Assembly: GCA_044229975.1 (NCBI GenBank)
Contig: JBGARZ010000023.1
Coordinates: 64,001-128,000 of the forward strand
Length of the DNA: 64,000 nucleotides
Origin: Polyangiales bacterium
GTDB lineage: Bacteria > Myxococcota_A > Polyangia > Polyangiales > Ga0077539
Direction: 5' to 3'
The notes under the pieces were generated by a model. It saw nothing but the letters and a program-made list of their open reading frames with translations. It did no database searches and was not told where the DNA came from. Made by a program: the position numbers and the translations under genes. Of this stretch, positions 31,136 to 40,191 are shown piece by piece. Position 1 is the stretch's first letter. Each line of letters starts with the position of its first letter.

Positions 31136-31207
31136 GGTCACAGGTCGGCCGCGCAGCCGTAGAGCCTGAGCCCGCTTCGGCTGTAATCCCCACCCACCAC
31201 GCGCGTC
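31136..31207 (+). promoter_or_regulatory. Two tandem ECF-type promoters: GGTCAC-N17-GTAG and TGTAA-N17-CGTC
   Basis: GGTCAC 31136-41 with GTAG 31159-62, and TGTAA 31182-86 with CGTC 31204-07. Confidence 0.65.
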
Positions 31208-31223
31208 TGCCGCGACGAAGCCC

Positions 31224-31484
31224 ATGAACCTCCTGATCCCACGCGTTCTCATCCTGGTCAGTGCGACCGCCCTCCCGCTCGGGTGCGGGGGCCGCGAGGT
31301 CCCTGTGCGCTTCGCCGAGCAGTCGGCGCTCTCCTCGGGCGCGCGCGAGGCGCCGGTTGGCGACCCCACGGTGGCCCTCACGGGCGACCCGCCCCTCCCG
31401 GGCGAGCCCACCGGGGCCTGGACCGGCCTCGCCGCGGACGCGGGTGCTCCCCCGACCGGAGGAGGCCACGTCCATGCGCACTGA
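31224..31484 (+). CDS. Small lipoprotein with His tail
   Basis: Lipobox PLGC, C-terminus GGGHVHAH. Overlaps the TolC start. Confidence 0.65.
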   Translation: MNLLIPRVLILVSATALPLGCGGREVPVRFAEQSALSSGAREAPVGDPTVALTGDPPLPGEPTGAWTGLAADAGAPPTGGGHVHAH

Positions 31485-32892
31485 GCGCCTCCTGCCGGCC
31501 GCGCTAGCGCTGCTGCTGCCGCTCACCGGATGCGCGACGACGTCGTTCTCGTCCGACCTGCGGCGCGTCGAGCAGCTCTCCGGCGCGTCCATCCCCCTAC
31601 GCGTCGCGGACGGCCCCCCCGAGGATCACGACCCGGCCGTCACGCGGGAGGTCCTCGCCCGCCCGCTCACGGCCGACGCCGCGGTGGGGATCGCGTTACG
31701 CAACAACCGCCACCTGCGCGCGTCGCTGCGGGACCTCGGCGTGGCGCGCGGCTGGCTCGCCCAGGCCGGCACGCTCCCCAACCCGGCGGTCGAGTTCGAC
31801 GTGCGCTACCAGACCGACCGCTCGCAGCCCCTGCAGGGCGACGTGCGCCTGGAGTTCGGGCTGACGCGGGCGATCCTCACGACGCAGCGGGCGGGCCTCG
31901 CCCGGGCGGAGCTGGAGACGGCGCAGGCGCGCGTCGCGGGGACGGTGCTGGAGACGGGCTACGCGGTGCGCGCGGCCTTCTACGCGGTGCAGGCCTCCGA
32001 GGAGCGGCTCGCGACCGCCCAGCAGGCGCTGGACGCCTTCGCGGCCGCGCGCGACGCCGCCCGCGCGCTCCACGCGGCGGGCAACCTCCGGGCCCTCGAC
32101 TTCTCGGTGCAGGAGGCGGCCTACGAAACCGCGCGCGTCACGGTGGCGGAGATCGAGCTGGAGCGCTTCGACCGCCGCGAGCGTCTGCAGCGCCTGCTCG
32201 GGCTCCACGGCGACGCCACCGAGTGGACCCTCGCGGAGGGCTTACCCCCCGCGCCCGAGGCCCTCTCGCTGGAGGCGATGACCGAGACGCGCGCCCTCGA
32301 GGCCAGCCTCGACCTCGCGGCCCAGCGCGCCAACCTCCAGGCCCTCGCCCGGCGCGTCGGCCTCAGCCGGGCCGAGGGGTGGCTGCCCGACATCACGGTG
32401 GACGCGCACGCCGAACAGGACGGCAACTCCGTGGAGGTCGGCGGCGGGGCGCGCGTCACGCTCCCGATCTTCGACCAGCGGCGGGGCGCCACAGCCGCCT
32501 ATGGGGCGCAGTTCGACGCCGCGCTCGAGCGCTACTACGCGAGCGCCGTGGACCTGCGCTCGGCCCTGCGCGAGACCCGCAACCGCCTGCGCTCCGCGCA
32601 CGCCCGCGCGCGGCAGTACGACGCCGTGATCGTGCCGGCGCGCGAGCGCGTGCTGCGCGAGACGCTGCTCCAGTACAACGCGATGCAGGTCTCGGTGTTC
32701 CAGCTGCTCCAGGCCCGGCGCGAGCTCCTGGACGCCACGCTCCGGCGCGCCGAGGTCCGCCGAGAGTTCTGGAGCGCCACCGCGGGCACCACCACCCTCT
32801 TCGCGGGGCGCCAGGTGGGCGCGTCCGACGGCACCGAATCCATGTCCGCCGCGTCGATGGACGCGTCGGGCGCATCCGCAGGAGGTCACTGA
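31474..32892 (+). CDS. TolC family outer membrane protein of the copper-oxidase operon
   Basis: Lipobox LTGC, LPNP, TLPIFD, LLQYNAMQVSVFQLL. Confidence 0.88.
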   Translation: MRTERLLPAALALLLPLTGCATTSFSSDLRRVEQLSGASIPLRVADGPPEDHDPAVTREVLARPLTADAAVGIALRNNRHLRASLRDLGVARGWLAQAGTLPNPAVEFDVRYQTDRSQPLQGDVRLEFGLTRAILTTQRAGLARAELETAQARVAGTVLETGYAVRAAFYAVQASEERLATAQQALDAFAAARDAARALHAAGNLRALDFSVQEAAYETARVTVAEIELERFDRRERLQRLLGLHGDATEWTLAEGLPPAPEALSLEAMTETRALEASLDLAAQRANLQALARRVGLSRAEGWLPDITVDAHAEQDGNSVEVGGGARVTLPIFDQRRGATAAYGAQFDAALERYYASAVDLRSALRETRNRLRSAHARARQYDAVIVPARERVLRETLLQYNAMQVSVFQLLQARRELLDATLRRAEVRREFWSATAGTTTLFAGRQVGASDGTESMSAASMDASGASAGGH

Positions 32893-32896
32893 AGCC

Positions 32897-34270
32897 ATGG
32901 ACCGACGATCCTTTCTCCATGCCAGCAGCGCGGCGACGGCGCTCGGGTTGATGACCCGCGCGGAGCGGGCCGAGGCGCAGACCCACGAGGGCCACGGCGC
33001 GCCCGGGGGCCCGACGCAGGGACAGACGGCGGGGCAGACGCCACCCCCGCCAGCGACCTCCGCCGCGATCGTGCGCCGCTTCCCTGCCGGGCAGCCTGGG
33101 GTGACGGTGCCCAACGGGGGCACGCTGCCGCTGCGCGTGGTCGATGGGGTGAAGGTCGGCCACCTCGTGGTCGAGTCCTTCCCCAACGAGTTCAGCCCCG
33201 ACCTCACCGCGGAGGTGTGGGGCTACAACGGCACGACGCCGGGGCCGGTGATCGAGCTCGTCGAGGGCGACCGGCTGCGGATGTACGTCACCAACCGGCT
33301 GCCCGAGCCGACCACGGTGCATTGGCACGGCATCGTCCTGCCCAACGGGATGGACGGCGTCAGCGGCCTGAACCAGCGCCCGATCCCGCCGGGCGAGACG
33401 TGGGTGTACGAGTTCACGCTCCGCCACCCCGGCACGTTCATGTACCACTCGCACTTCGACGAGATGACGCAGATCGCGCTCGGCGCAGTGGGCATGATCG
33501 TCGTGCATCCGCGCCAGGCGAGGGGCCCGCGGGTCGATCGCGACTTCGTGCTCATGGCGCACGAGTGGAAGATCGAGGCGGGCGCCCGGCGGCCCGACCC
33601 CAACGCCATGAACGACTTCAACGTCCTCACCTTCAACGGCAAGGCGTTCCCGAGCACCGCGCCGCTGCTGGTGGGCAAGGGCGAGCGGGTGCGCATCCGC
33701 CTGGGCAACCTCGGCCCCATGGACCACCACCCGATCCACATCCACGGCCTGTGGTTCCACGTCACGGCGACGGACGGCGGCTACGTGCCCGCGAGCGCGC
33801 AGCGGCCCGAGACGACGGTGCTGGTGCCCGTCGGGGCCACGCGGGTGATCGAGTTCGTGCCGCCCGAGTCGGGCGACTGGGCGATGCACTGCCACATGAC
33901 CCACCACGTTATGATGCAGATGGCCCACGGCCTGCCGAACATGGTCGGCATGGACCCGCGCGTGCTGGAGCGCCGCATGAGCCGCTCGATGCCGGAGTAC
34001 ATGACCATGGGCCACCGGGGCATGGGCGGCATGGGTGAGATGCGGATGGAGATCCCGCCCAACAGCGCGCCGATGCGCGGGGGCCCCGGGCCCCACGCGT
34101 ACATCGACATGGGCGGGATGTTCACCGTGCTCAAGGTGCGCGACGACGTGGCGACGGCCGACCCCGCGGGGTGGTACCAGGCGCCCGCCGGGACGGTGCC
34201 CACGGTGGCCGACGAGGCGCGGCTGCGCGCCGATGGGATCGACGTGGCGCGGACCTGGCGGCGCGGCTGA
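32897..34270 (+). CDS. Tat-exported multicopper oxidase with Met-rich C-terminus (CuoB-like)
   Basis: DRRSFL, HWHG, YHSH, HPIHIHG, HCHMTHH. Confidence 0.92.
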   Translation: MDRRSFLHASSAATALGLMTRAERAEAQTHEGHGAPGGPTQGQTAGQTPPPPATSAAIVRRFPAGQPGVTVPNGGTLPLRVVDGVKVGHLVVESFPNEFSPDLTAEVWGYNGTTPGPVIELVEGDRLRMYVTNRLPEPTTVHWHGIVLPNGMDGVSGLNQRPIPPGETWVYEFTLRHPGTFMYHSHFDEMTQIALGAVGMIVVHPRQARGPRVDRDFVLMAHEWKIEAGARRPDPNAMNDFNVLTFNGKAFPSTAPLLVGKGERVRIRLGNLGPMDHHPIHIHGLWFHVTATDGGYVPASAQRPETTVLVPVGATRVIEFVPPESGDWAMHCHMTHHVMMQMAHGLPNMVGMDPRVLERRMSRSMPEYMTMGHRGMGGMGEMRMEIPPNSAPMRGGPGPHAYIDMGGMFTVLKVRDDVATADPAGWYQAPAGTVPTVADEARLRADGIDVARTWRRG

Positions 34271-34343
34271 GCGGGGCGGCGGGCCGGTGAAGAGCTGCAG
34301 GCCCTGACGGCGCCGCGTCAGGGCCGCGCTGGGAGGGGATCCG

Positions 34344-34916
34344 TCAGGGCAGGACGCGCACGACGCCGGCCATCCCGACGTGCCCGTGGGTGTTGCAATG
34401 GAACGGGTAGAAGCCGGCGCCCGCGAACGTCACCGTGTAGGTGTCCCCGGCACGCTGCGCCTCGATGGGGCTGGGGCTAGTGGCGCCCGCGCTCGACCCG
34501 TGCGGGACGCCGGGGTTCAACGGGTGGGTGGTGAGGCTCATGGCGAAGGTCACCGATTGGCCCGCGCGGATGGTGAGGCAGCGCGGGGTGTAGCCCGTGG
34601 TGCCGCGCGGCACCACGGTGCGCTCGGCGGCGTCGGCGGAGCGGTCCACGTAGGCCGAGGCCGCGCAGTCGTTGAGCAGGGGCACCATGGCGGGTGCGTC
34701 CGCCGCCGTACCGGCGTCGGTCCCGGCGTCCTGCTCGGCCGGTGCGACGTCGGCGACGGGCGGTTGGTCGGTCGCGGGGCCGACGTCCGTCGTCCCGACG
34801 TCGGCCGCATCGTGGCCGTCGTGGGCGGACGCGTCGCCGGTCGCGTCGTGGGCCATGTCACCGCAGCCGACAAGCAAAGCAAGCAGTGGGAGAACGATGG
34901 TCAGACGGGCGTGCAT
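34344..34916 (-). CDS. Plastocyanin/azurin-type cupredoxin lipoprotein
   Basis: Lipobox LVGC, THPL, YPFHCNTHGHVGMAGVV (type-1 Cu C-H-M). Confidence 0.85.
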   Translation of the reverse strand: MHARLTIVLPLLALLVGCGDMAHDATGDASAHDGHDAADVGTTDVGPATDQPPVADVAPAEQDAGTDAGTAADAPAMVPLLNDCAASAYVDRSADAAERTVVPRGTTGYTPRCLTIRAGQSVTFAMSLTTHPLNPGVPHGSSAGATSPSPIEAQRAGDTYTVTFAGAGFYPFHCNTHGHVGMAGVVRVLP

Positions 34917-34951
34917 CGGTGGGGTCCTTCCGGGTCACAGAGGGGCGTGGC

Positions 34952-36382
34952 TCAGGGCTCCACGCGCACGGTGGCCATCATCCCGTGCTCGATATGCTCG
35001 AGGATGTGGCAGTGGTACATCCAGTGGCCGGGGCGCTCGTCGGGGCGGAACGCGATGCGCACGCGCTCCTTGCCCCGGAGCTGGATCGTGTCCTCCCACG
35101 ACCGCTCGCCCTCGGGGGCGCCGTCGCGCGAGACCACCTGGAAGAAGAACCCGTGCAGGTGGAAGGGGTGCTCCATCTCGCTCGCGTTGACGAGGTCCCA
35201 GACCTCGGTGACGCCGACGCGCGCGACGACGTCGGGCACGTCGGGGTAGGACGCGTCGTTGATGGTGAAGACGACCCGCTCCGCGTCGCGGTCGATGTGC
35301 TCGTTGAAGGTCACGGTGCGCGGCGCGACGCCCGCCGTGGCCAGCGGCTCGACCCGCGGGCTGGGCGCGGGCGTGGCGAGCGCCGGCAGCGCCGGGTCGG
35401 GCGCGTAGCGGAGCCGTAGGATGTCCGACGCCTCGGTGAGGCCGGCGCCGTGGCCGCGGGCGTAGGGGAGGTTCTGGAGGACGGCCGTCGCACCCGGGTC
35501 GCCGGTACCGTCCACCAGGACGTCGAGGCGGTCCCCAGGCACCAGGAAGAGCTCGTCGGAGGCGCGCGGCGTCTCGACGGGACCACCGTCGGTGCCCACC
35601 ACGGTGAAGCGGTGTCCCGGCAGGGCGAGGCGGTAGAAGCGTGCGCTGCCCGCGTTGACCACGCGCCACCGCTGCCGCTGGCCCGCACGGATGGGGAGTT
35701 CCGCGCCCGCGCGGCCGTTGACCAGGGCGACGGCCCCCTCGCGGCCGGTGTGCTGCTCGACGAGGTCCCCGGTCGGCGCGATCTGGCCGTCGGCGCCGAG
35801 CAGCAGGTCGTCGAGCACCAGCACGCCCTCGGCGTCGGCGCGCGGCTCGCGGTCGCCCCGCACCACGATCGCGCCGTAGAGGCCGCGCTCCATCTGCACG
35901 CTCTCAGTGACGTGCGGGTGGTACCAGAAGGTCCCCGCGTCGGGCACGGTGAAGCGGTACTCGAAGGAGGCTCCCGGGGCGACAGGCGGCTGCGAATGGG
36001 GGCTTCCGTCCATGGAAGCGGGTACCCGCACGCCGTGCCAGTGGATGGTCGTGGGCTGGTCGAGGCGGTTGGTGAAATGCACGACCACCGTGTCGCCCGC
36101 GCGGGCCTCGATCGTCGGCCCCGGCACCGACCCGTTGTAGGTCATCGCCCGGACGCGACGACCCGGCGCGTACTCCCACTCGCCGAAGCGCGCCTCAAGG
36201 TCGATCTCGACGACGCGGGGATCGGGGTTGCGATCGACGGCGGGGGCGACCCGGAGCACCGAGGCCCAAGGGTCCGGGCCGGTGCGCGGGGTGGCCGACG
36301 TCGGGGGCGCGTCGCCGCAACCGCCGACGAGGAGCGCGGCAGAGAGGCTACAGAGGAGGTGTCGGTTGGACGGCATGATCAC
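34952..36382 (-). CDS. Three-domain multicopper oxidase lipoprotein
   Basis: Lipobox VGGC, HWHG, WYHPH, HPFHLHG, HCHILEHIEHGMM. Confidence 0.93.
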   Translation of the reverse strand: MIMPSNRHLLCSLSAALLVGGCGDAPPTSATPRTGPDPWASVLRVAPAVDRNPDPRVVEIDLEARFGEWEYAPGRRVRAMTYNGSVPGPTIEARAGDTVVVHFTNRLDQPTTIHWHGVRVPASMDGSPHSQPPVAPGASFEYRFTVPDAGTFWYHPHVTESVQMERGLYGAIVVRGDREPRADAEGVLVLDDLLLGADGQIAPTGDLVEQHTGREGAVALVNGRAGAELPIRAGQRQRWRVVNAGSARFYRLALPGHRFTVVGTDGGPVETPRASDELFLVPGDRLDVLVDGTGDPGATAVLQNLPYARGHGAGLTEASDILRLRYAPDPALPALATPAPSPRVEPLATAGVAPRTVTFNEHIDRDAERVVFTINDASYPDVPDVVARVGVTEVWDLVNASEMEHPFHLHGFFFQVVSRDGAPEGERSWEDTIQLRGKERVRIAFRPDERPGHWMYHCHILEHIEHGMMATVRVEP

Positions 36383-36430
36383 CTACGGGGGCTGAGGAGC
36401 GGGGCACGCGAGCAGGCACCGACCGGCCTT

Positions 36431-36457
36431 CTAGTCGCCCGAACCGAAGGTGTGACC
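36431..36457 (-). promoter_or_regulatory. ECF-type promoter GGTCAC-N17-CTAG (copy 2)
   Basis: Minus-strand GGTCAC 36457-52 and CTAG 36434-31, upstream of the MCO-plastocyanin operon. Confidence 0.7.
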
Positions 36458-36465
36458 GAGGAACC

Positions 36466-37800
36466 TCACCGGGCGTTGCCGTTCCGGGCGTCGCCGCCGG
36501 TGACGGGCCATGCCGACGGGGCCGCGCCGGCGGACTCGGTCGCCACGACGAGCAGGCGGTCGTCGTCGGTGTGCAGGGCGAGGTCGCCGTTGGGCGAGAG
36601 CACGGGCGCCGAGGCGTTGGCGCCCTCCGGGATCGCGAGCGTCCACCGCTGGCGGCCGTCCTCCCCGACGGCGTAGAGCGCCCGGCCCACCGCGAGGTAG
36701 ATCACGCTCGCGCGCCCGACGGCGTGCGTGGCGAAACGCTGGTAGTCGGTGCGGGTGGCGCTGGCACCGAAGCCCCAGGCGCGCGAGCCGTCGCGGCGGA
36801 CGGCCACCAGCTCGCCGCTCGCGCCGCCGCCGCCACGGTGGACGTTCAGGTAGACGTAGACCGTGCCGTCGGCGCCGATCACGGGCGCGCCCATGAGGAG
36901 ATCGACCTGGCCCCGCGAGGAGCGGGCGAGGTTTACCCGCCAGATCAGCCGGCCCGTCCGCAGTTCCCGGGCGACGAGCACATAGGAACTCAGGCCGAAG
37001 AACGCGATGTAGATCCGGTCGCCGTCGATCGCGGGCGGGAGCGCGTGGCGCAGCGTCCCATCGAGGATCTCGTAGGGTTCGGACCAGAGCCTGCGGCCGT
37101 TGGTGAGGTCGAGCGCGGTGTCGAGGCAGCCGACGGTCGTGCCCGCAACGGCGCACTCGTTCACGTTGGACCAGTCCGGCGCGTCGAGGGTCTGGCGGCC
37201 CGCGAGCTCGAAGCCCGCGAGGCGCCCCACGGTCGTCCTCGCGCCCTGGGTTACCAGCACCGGGCCGCGCCCCGGCGGCAGTCCGACGAAGCGCACCACG
37301 GCATCGACCGTCGGGTACGGCGGCCGGGCCTCGCCGTTCCGCCCGAAGCGCCACAGACCGCGCGCGGCGGTGTCGCCGTACATGCTCGTGAGCAGCACGT
37401 CGTCGCCGGTGGAGAGGCGGACCTCGCCCCCAAGCACGCGTCCGCCCGCGCCGGGGCGCACCGCCGGCGACCGCCAGCGCTCCCGGCCGCAGGCATCGAG
37501 GGCGACCACGCCGCGCCCGCGGTCGGAGGTCTCGTACGGCGCGTAGATCGTCCCTTCGGCGTCGATGGCGACGTGCCCGGTGACGCCGACGACGGCGAAA
37601 CGAACGCTCCCGACGGGCGTGTCCCGACCGCAGCGCGGGGGCTGGAGTGGGACGTCCTCGGGGCCGGCGTCGTGTCGATCGAGGGCGTCGCAGGGCACGT
37701 CCACCGCCGCGTCGAACAGCTCATCGAGGCCGGTGCGCGCGCCGCACGCCGAGGCCACACACGCGAGGAACAGGTGGCGTTGGAAGGAGGGGCCGCGCAC
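36466..37800 (-). CDS. PQQ-like beta-propeller lipoprotein
   Basis: ACGARTGLD lipoprotein start, and repeats GRERW, GRRLW, GRLIW, PVIGADGTVYV, GRQRW. Start uncertain. Confidence 0.7.
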   Translation of the reverse strand: MRGPSFQRHLFLACVASACGARTGLDELFDAAVDVPCDALDRHDAGPEDVPLQPPRCGRDTPVGSVRFAVVGVTGHVAIDAEGTIYAPYETSDRGRGVVALDACGRERWRSPAVRPGAGGRVLGGEVRLSTGDDVLLTSMYGDTAARGLWRFGRNGEARPPYPTVDAVVRFVGLPPGRGPVLVTQGARTTVGRLAGFELAGRQTLDAPDWSNVNECAVAGTTVGCLDTALDLTNGRRLWSEPYEILDGTLRHALPPAIDGDRIYIAFFGLSSYVLVARELRTGRLIWRVNLARSSRGQVDLLMGAPVIGADGTVYVYLNVHRGGGGASGELVAVRRDGSRAWGFGASATRTDYQRFATHAVGRASVIYLAVGRALYAVGEDGRQRWTLAIPEGANASAPVLSPNGDLALHTDDDRLLVVATESAGAAPSAWPVTGGDARNGNAR

Positions 37801-37992
37801 CCGCTGAGGGTAAGGGCGATCCCGTCGCCCGAGCGTCGATCTTCGCTTGCGACGATTGTATCGGCGCGCTGAACAATGCCGGCGAGGAGCGTCCGCCCTC
37901 CGTGTTTCCACGCCTTGCTTCCGCGCCCACGCGCTCACGCGCATGGGATGGCCGATCGAGCGGATCGCAGGGGCGGTTTGTTGGAGCCTCCG

Positions 37993-38019
37993 GGTCACGG
38001 ACGGGATGGACACGGCTAG
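37993..38019 (+). promoter_or_regulatory. ECF-type promoter GGTCAC-N17-CTAG (copy 3)
   Basis: GGTCAC 37993-98 and CTAG 38016-19, upstream of the MNIO precursor. Confidence 0.7.
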
Positions 38020-38087
38020 TACCTGCCCAATAGGACCCTACGCGACGGCCGACCGGCCGCGGAGCGTCCCAAGGAGCGAGTGACCCG

Positions 38088-38513
38088 ATGAACAACGAAA
38101 CCCGCGCGAAGCTTCTGGCGATGGTGTCTGCCGCTCTGGGCGGCGCGGCCCTTGAGGGCTGCGCGAGTAATCCGCCAGCGATGGCGCAGCCCCCGACGAG
38201 CGCGAGCGCTCAGTCGGCCACAGGGCAGGCCGGCAGCTGCAGTGCTGCGATGGCCCAGAGCGGGAACTGCGGCGCCAACATGGGCCACGCCCCGGGGGCA
38301 GCTCCGGCGGCCCCTCAGGGGGCGGCGACTGGGCAGGCGATGAGCTGCGGACACGACGGGAACTGCGGCGCGCACATGGCCGCGCCGACCGCGCCGGCCG
38401 CTCCGGGGACGACCGCGGCGCAGCCGACTGCACCGCCCGCCCCGGCCCCCACGACTCCCGCCGCGGCACCTCCTCCCGCGGCCCCCGCTCGCCCTCACGT
38501 CCACGCCCACTGA
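38088..38513 (+). CDS. Putative MNIO RiPP precursor (lipoprotein-type, Cys repeats)
   Basis: Signal with LEGC, two ATGQAxSC...GNCGA(N/H)M units, Pro/Ala tail, HVHAH. Ends 3 nt before the DUF692 gene. Confidence 0.75.
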   Translation: MNNETRAKLLAMVSAALGGAALEGCASNPPAMAQPPTSASAQSATGQAGSCSAAMAQSGNCGANMGHAPGAAPAAPQGAATGQAMSCGHDGNCGAHMAAPTAPAAPGTTAAQPTAPPAPAPTTPAAAPPPAAPARPHVHAH

Positions 38514-38516
38514 GCG

Positions 38517-39341
38517 ATGGCGCGCGTTGAGGGGGTCGGCCTGGGGCTGCGGGCGCCGCTGGTCGGTGACCTGATGACCCGGGCCCCGCCCTCGCTGCGC
38601 TGGGTCGAGGTCTCCCCCGAGAACCACATGGGCCGCGGAGGCTTCTTCGAGCGCATGCTCGCCGACGCGCGCGGGCGCTTCCCGGTGGTCACCCACGGCC
38701 TCAGCCTGGGCCTCGGCGATCGGGCCCCGCCGGAGCCCGCCTTCCTCCGGGCGTTGCGTGCCTTCCTGGAGGAAGTGGGAACGCCCTGGCACAGCGACCA
38801 CCTCTGCTTCGGGTCCGTGGACGGCGCGCACCTCCACGACCTGCTGCCGCTGCCCTTCACCCGCGAGAGCGCCCGCGTGGTGGCGGACCGCGTGCGCCTG
38901 CTGGAGGACGCCCTGGGCCTCCCGATCGCCGTCGAGAACATCTCCTGGTACGCCCACCCCGGCGAGGCGGAGATGGGCGAGGCGGACTTCCTCGGCGAGA
39001 TCGTCGCGCGCTGCGACGCGCGGGTCCTGCTCGACGTGAACAACGCCTTCGTCAACGCCCGCAACCACGGCACCGACGCGCGGGATTTCCTCCGGCGCGT
39101 TCCCGCCGAGCGTGTTGTGCAGATCCACGTCGCGGGGCACTTCACCGCCGCGGACGGCCTCCACATCGACACCCACGGGGAGCCCGTCTGCGAGGAGGTC
39201 TACGGCCTGCTCGAGTTCGCCCTCTCCCGCACTGGTCGGGTGCCAGTGCTCCTCGAGCGCGACGGCGGCTTCCCGCCCTTCGACGAGCTCGCGGCGGAGG
39301 TCGAGCGGCTCGACGCGATCCTGCGACGGGCCGCGCCGTGA
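38517..39341 (+). CDS. DUF692 multinuclear non-heme iron oxidase (MNIO, BufB/HvfB-like)
   Basis: GVGLGLR, PENHM, HGLSLGLG, SDHLC, HDLLPLP, ENISWY, LLDVNN, HVAGH, DTHG, LLERD. Confidence 0.93.
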   Translation: MARVEGVGLGLRAPLVGDLMTRAPPSLRWVEVSPENHMGRGGFFERMLADARGRFPVVTHGLSLGLGDRAPPEPAFLRALRAFLEEVGTPWHSDHLCFGSVDGAHLHDLLPLPFTRESARVVADRVRLLEDALGLPIAVENISWYAHPGEAEMGEADFLGEIVARCDARVLLDVNNAFVNARNHGTDARDFLRRVPAERVVQIHVAGHFTAADGLHIDTHGEPVCEEVYGLLEFALSRTGRVPVLLERDGGFPPFDELAAEVERLDAILRRAAP

Positions 39342-40081
39342 GCGACCTCGACGCGCGGCAGCGGGCGATCGCCCGCGTGTGCCTCGGCGAGGAGCCGCCG
39401 GCCGACGCACTGGCCCTCCTGGGGGGCGACCCGCGGCGGTGGCAGGTCTACCGCGACCTGGTCCGCACGCGGCTCTGGCGCGCCCTGCTGGAGGCCCTCC
39501 CGCGGACCTACGCGGCGGCGGGCCCCGATCGCTTCGGGGGCTGGTTCACGCGGTTCCTCGACGAGGCGCCGCCGCGCACGCGCTACGTGCGGGAGGTCGC
39601 CCCGGCCTTCGGGGCGTGGGTGCGCGCGGCCGAGGGGGACGCGCTGTCGCGCCCCGCGCCGTGGCTGCCGGACGCCCTCACGCTCGACCTCGCCGAGCAC
39701 CGGGTCGCGCTCTCCGACGCGCGCCTCGACCCGTCCCGCGTGGCGCCGTTCTCGATGGACCTCCCGGCGGCCCTGGACCCTGCCCACTGCCGCGCACGGC
39801 TGTGGTGGGCGATGGACGGCGCGTCGGCCATCCATCGCCCCCGCGCGCTCCTCGTCCACCGTCACCCGGCGACGGGCCGCGTCGAGACGATGGAGCTCGA
39901 CGCGCTCGACGCGGAGGTAGTGGACGCGATGGACGACGAGGCGACGCCCGTAACGGCGGCGGTCCTGTCGGTGCTGAACCGCCACGGTCTGGCCGCCGAC
40001 GCCGCCTTCTCGGGCCGCCTCGCCGGCCTGCTCGCCGACCTGATGGAGCGGGGCGTCTTGCTAGGCTCTCGACGGCCCTGA
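39338..40081 (+). CDS. DUF2063-type MNIO partner protein (BufC/HvfC-like)
   Basis: RWQVYRDLVR...LLEALPRT...F...WL D. GTGA-coupled to DUF692. Confidence 0.75.
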   Translation: MSDLDARQRAIARVCLGEEPPADALALLGGDPRRWQVYRDLVRTRLWRALLEALPRTYAAAGPDRFGGWFTRFLDEAPPRTRYVREVAPAFGAWVRAAEGDALSRPAPWLPDALTLDLAEHRVALSDARLDPSRVAPFSMDLPAALDPAHCRARLWWAMDGASAIHRPRALLVHRHPATGRVETMELDALDAEVVDAMDDEATPVTAAVLSVLNRHGLAADAAFSGRLAGLLADLMERGVLLGSRRP

Positions 40082-40191
40082 GCCCCGCGCCTTGCGCGGC
40101 TACCCGGCCGCGTGCGCAGTGCCCGCGCCCCGCGCGGCGCCAGCCATCTGCCGACAGTCGGCGGCGCACCGGCAGGCGTCGGCGCCAAGGC

